This document shows, piece by piece, positions 29,821-32,000 of a stretch of 32,000 bases of DNA. A program made the translations under genes and the position numbers. Each line of letters begins with the position of its first letter. The first letter of the stretch is position 1. Origin of the DNA: Phycisphaera mikurensis NBRC 102666 (GTDB lineage Bacteria; Planctomycetota; Phycisphaerae; Phycisphaerales; Phycisphaeraceae); contig NC_017080.1 in NCBI RefSeq assembly GCF_000284115.1, forward strand, positions 1,020,001 to 1,052,000. The letters are read 5' to 3'. Below the pieces are notes generated by a model. It did no database searches, was not told the DNA's origin, and was given only the letters and a program-made list of their open reading frames with translations.

Positions 29821-30947
29821 GGGCGGGAGGGGCCGGGCGGAGATCGAGACCAGGGTGCGGGCAGCGCCACGTCGAGCAGCACCGGCTGCTCGTGGCGGGC
29901 GTCGTCGGGGTCGTCGGTGAAGCAGCCGTTGAGCTGCGTGAAGAGCCGGGTGCCGTCGGGGCTCACCACGGCGGTGTATGCGCCGACGGCGGCGTAGCCG
30001 TGGTGCTCGTGCAGCCACGGGCCCAGGAAGGCGAGCACGGTGCGGGTGCCCCCGGCCAGGTCGTAGCGCACGAGCGGGACGCCGTACGCGCGGCCGGTCC
30101 AGGTGGAGTCGACGACGTCGTGGAGCCAGCGGCCGGTCGGGTCCAGCGGCAGGTCGGTGATCCAGGCCCCGTCGTTCCAGGCGGGGCCGACCTCGCGGAG
30201 CCGAAGCGGCTCGAACCCGAGCGCGTAGAGCGTCCCGCGGCGGGTGACCAGGATCAGCTCGCCGTCGGCGCTGAGCCCCCGCGTCGCGGCGCGGACCGGG
30301 CCATCGAGGGTGAGCCCGGTGTCTCGGAGCCGGTCCGCGGGCGTTGCGTCCGCGGCGGTGTTCACCTCCAACAGCCGCGACGGGCTCGGCGGCGTGCTGG
30401 TGAAGAAGCGTCCGCTTCGAGGCTCGAGCACGAGGCTCCGCCGCTCGGGCCGCAGCGGGCCGGGGGGCAGCCCCGCGCGCAGCGCGCGGCGGGCGTCGCT
30501 GTCGTACACGAGGAGGCTGCCGAAGCTGTGCTGGTCGTCGTCGCCGTCCCAGGCGGCGCCAGAGGGCACCCCGTCGGCGGGGAGCGCCGGGTTCTCGTAG
30601 AGCCCGCACTCCCCGATGGCCACGAGCACGCCGCGCTCCGCGTCCCACCGCTGCATCGGCCAGCTGTCGCCGGCGAAGGGGATCCCGAGGTGCTCGCTCT
30701 TGCCGGTGAGCACGTTGTTGCGGAAGAGCCGCCCGCCCCGGTCCCGCTTCGCCGGGTGGTCGCCGTAGAACGACAGGAGGAAGGTTTCGCCGCCGGCGGC
30801 GACGTCGATGCCAGTGTGCTGCTTCCCGCCGCCGTCGCCGGCCAGCGCCGGTGCGGCACCGTGAGCGAGCAGGAGCGGGAGACTGGACAGGGAACCAGGC
30901 AAGGAAAGAGCGAACCGAGGGAGAAGAGCGACTTGACGGTTCCGCAT
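29817..30947 (-). CDS. Exported hypothetical protein (possibly beta-propeller-like)
   Basis: Track ORF with the signal peptide MRNRQVALLPRFALSLPGSLSSLPLLLAHGAAPALA and normal composition. Its stop overlaps the start of the downstream GH63-like gene as ATGA (29817-29820). Confidence 0.7.
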   Translation of the reverse strand: MRNRQVALLPRFALSLPGSLSSLPLLLAHGAAPALAGDGGGKQHTGIDVAAGGETFLLSFYGDHPAKRDRGGRLFRNNVLTGKSEHLGIPFAGDSWPMQRWDAERGVLVAIGECGLYENPALPADGVPSGAAWDGDDDQHSFGSLLVYDSDARRALRAGLPPGPLRPERRSLVLEPRSGRFFTSTPPSPSRLLEVNTAADATPADRLRDTGLTLDGPVRAATRGLSADGELILVTRRGTLYALGFEPLRLREVGPAWNDGAWITDLPLDPTGRWLHDVVDSTWTGRAYGVPLVRYDLAGGTRTVLAFLGPWLHEHHGYAAVGAYTAVVSPDGTRLFTQLNGCFTDDPDDARHEQPVLLDVALPAPWSRSPPGPSRP

Positions 30948-30970
30948 GACTGTACCTAAAGTTTCACCCT
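30948..30970. promoter_or_regulatory. 23-bp divergent intergenic region with AT-rich core
   Basis: The sequence is gactgtaccTAAAGTttcaccct. TAAAGT (30957-30962) lies 8 nt before ATG 30971. Confidence 0.25.
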
Positions 30971-31774
30971 ATGGAAGTCGACGCGCTGGCCCATCTGACT
31001 CGGAGTGACGCCGAGGGCCCGCTCGCTCGCCGGATCGCGCTGGTGACCGGCGGCGGGTCGGGCATCGGCCTGGCGGTGGCGCGGCGGCTGCACGCGGCGG
31101 GTGCGGCCGTGCTGGTGGCCGATCGCGACGCGGAGGCGGGCGCGGCGGCCGCCGCGTCTCTTGGGAGCCGTGCGGCCTCCAGGAGCCTCGACGTCTCGGA
31201 TCCGGAGGCGGTCTTCGCGCTCGCCGCGGAGCTCGACGCGGCGGGCGTCGCCGTCGGCGTGCTCGTGAACAACGCGGGGATCGGCCGCGTCGGCACGCTC
31301 GACGAGGCGACCGCGGACGACCTCGACGCGATGCACGCGGTGAACGTCCGCGGCGTCTTCAACGGGTGCAAGGCCTTCGTCCCGGCGATGCGGGAGCGGG
31401 GCGGCGGGGCGGTGGTCAACCTCGCGTCGGTCGGCGGAGTCGTGGGCATCCGCGACCGGCTGGCGTACTGCGCCAGCAAGTTCGCCGTGGTGGGGATGAC
31501 CAAGGCGATGGCGCTCGACGAGGCCGACTCGGGCGTCCGCGTCAACTGCGTCTGCCCCGGCCGCGTCGCGACGCCCTTCGTCGAGCGTCGCCTCGCCGAG
31601 TACGACGACCCCGAAGCGGCCCGGGCGGAGATGTCCGCGACGCAGGCGGTGCTGCGGATGGGCCAACCCGAGGAGATCGCCGAGGCGGTGCTCTGGCTCG
31701 CCTCCGACGCCTCGTCCTTTGTCACCGGCTCGGCGCTGATGATCGACGGGGGTTGGAGCGCCGGCCGCTCCTGA
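30971..31774 (+). CDS. Short-chain dehydrogenase/reductase (SDR) family oxidoreductase
   Basis: It has TGGGSGIG, NNAG, the catalytic YCASKFAV (YxxxK) and the C-terminal GSALMIDGG. Confidence 0.9.
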   Translation: MEVDALAHLTRSDAEGPLARRIALVTGGGSGIGLAVARRLHAAGAAVLVADRDAEAGAAAAASLGSRAASRSLDVSDPEAVFALAAELDAAGVAVGVLVNNAGIGRVGTLDEATADDLDAMHAVNVRGVFNGCKAFVPAMRERGGGAVVNLASVGGVVGIRDRLAYCASKFAVVGMTKAMALDEADSGVRVNCVCPGRVATPFVERRLAEYDDPEAARAEMSATQAVLRMGQPEEIAEAVLWLASDASSFVTGSALMIDGGWSAGRS

Positions 31775-31776
31775 AT

Positions 31777-31822
31777 CCGCGGACCGCGGGCCCGGACGCC
31801 GCAAACGCTCGACGGTCCGCGG
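31777..31822. terminator. Conserved-sequence hairpin, probable terminator of the SDR gene
   Basis: CCGCGGACCG (31777-31786) and CGGTCCGCGG (31813-31822) form a 10-bp stem that starts 3 nt after the stop. Confidence 0.5.
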
Positions 31823-31855
31823 CGTCGGCCCCGGGCCGCTGCTACCTTCCGGATC

Positions 31856-32000
31856 ATGGAATCCACGGTCCTCGTCAAAGCCTTCGGCATCCTGGAGACG
31901 CTCGCCCACGAGCAGAAGGCGATGTCGCTGGCGGAGCTGACCGAGGTGCTCTCGCTCAACAAGCCGACGATCCACCGGATCCTGCAGGACCTCATCGGCC
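31856..32000 (+). CDS. IclR-family transcriptional regulator, N-terminal HTH (partial; continues beyond the window)
   Basis: Absent from the track because it is edge-truncated. My translation from ATG 31856 reads MESTVLVKAFGILETLAHEQKAMSLAELTEVLSLNKPTIHRILQDLIG, a classic IclR winged-helix N-terminus. Confidence 0.7.
   Translation, partial: MESTVLVKAFGILETLAHEQKAMSLAELTEVLSLNKPTIHRILQDLIG

Noticed and set aside
1-32000. Searched for rRNA, tRNA, riboswitch, CRISPR-cas, toxin-antitoxin, restriction-modification or other defence-system genes
   Set aside because: I saw no cloverleaf-like or rRNA-like conserved sequence in the intergenic regions. No ORF has nuclease, ATPase, methylase or small toxin-like motifs. 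Every convincing CDS is metabolic, transport or regulatory, apart from the RAYT.

Overview
Very GC-rich bacterial chromosomal window. The gene style suggests a Planctomycetota/Phycisphaerae-like genome, but that is only a guess. Most long ORFs in the track are Arg/Pro/Ala-rich shadow frames. I support about 19 real CDS, two of them cut by the window edges and therefore missing from the track. The coding content looks like a glycan-utilisation neighbourhood. It holds three large exported multidomain glycoside-hydrolase-like or carbohydrate-binding proteins. It holds a CUT1-type ABC importer whose solute-binding protein is fused to the MalF-like permease, next to a MalG-like permease with a very large periplasmic insertion. 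No ATPase gene is present. It also holds two cytoplasmic GH63/trehalase-like (alpha/alpha)6 enzymes, Gfo/Idh/MocA and SDR oxidoreductases, two divergent AraC-PhyH dioxygenase pairs, an MlrC-like M81 peptidase, a class I/II aminotransferase, an EamA/DMT transporter and an IclR regulator. The most unusual signal is in the non-coding DNA. (i) A 106-nt element made of two inverted 24-nt quasi-palindromic arms (REPIN-like) occurs four times. (ii) A BIME-like array of the same arms in alternating orientation lies at 17457-17789. (iii) A RAYT (HUH/Y1 REP-associated tyrosine transposase) gene is flanked by a different GTAG-hairpin REP inside 59-bp perfect direct repeats. (iv) A 586-bp-period tandem duplication of a convergent intergenic region carries a gene 3-prime stub. 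(v) A conserved-sequence hairpin family (CCGCGGACCG ... CGGTCCGCGG) recurs at gene ends. I recognised no rRNA, tRNA, CRISPR or defence system.
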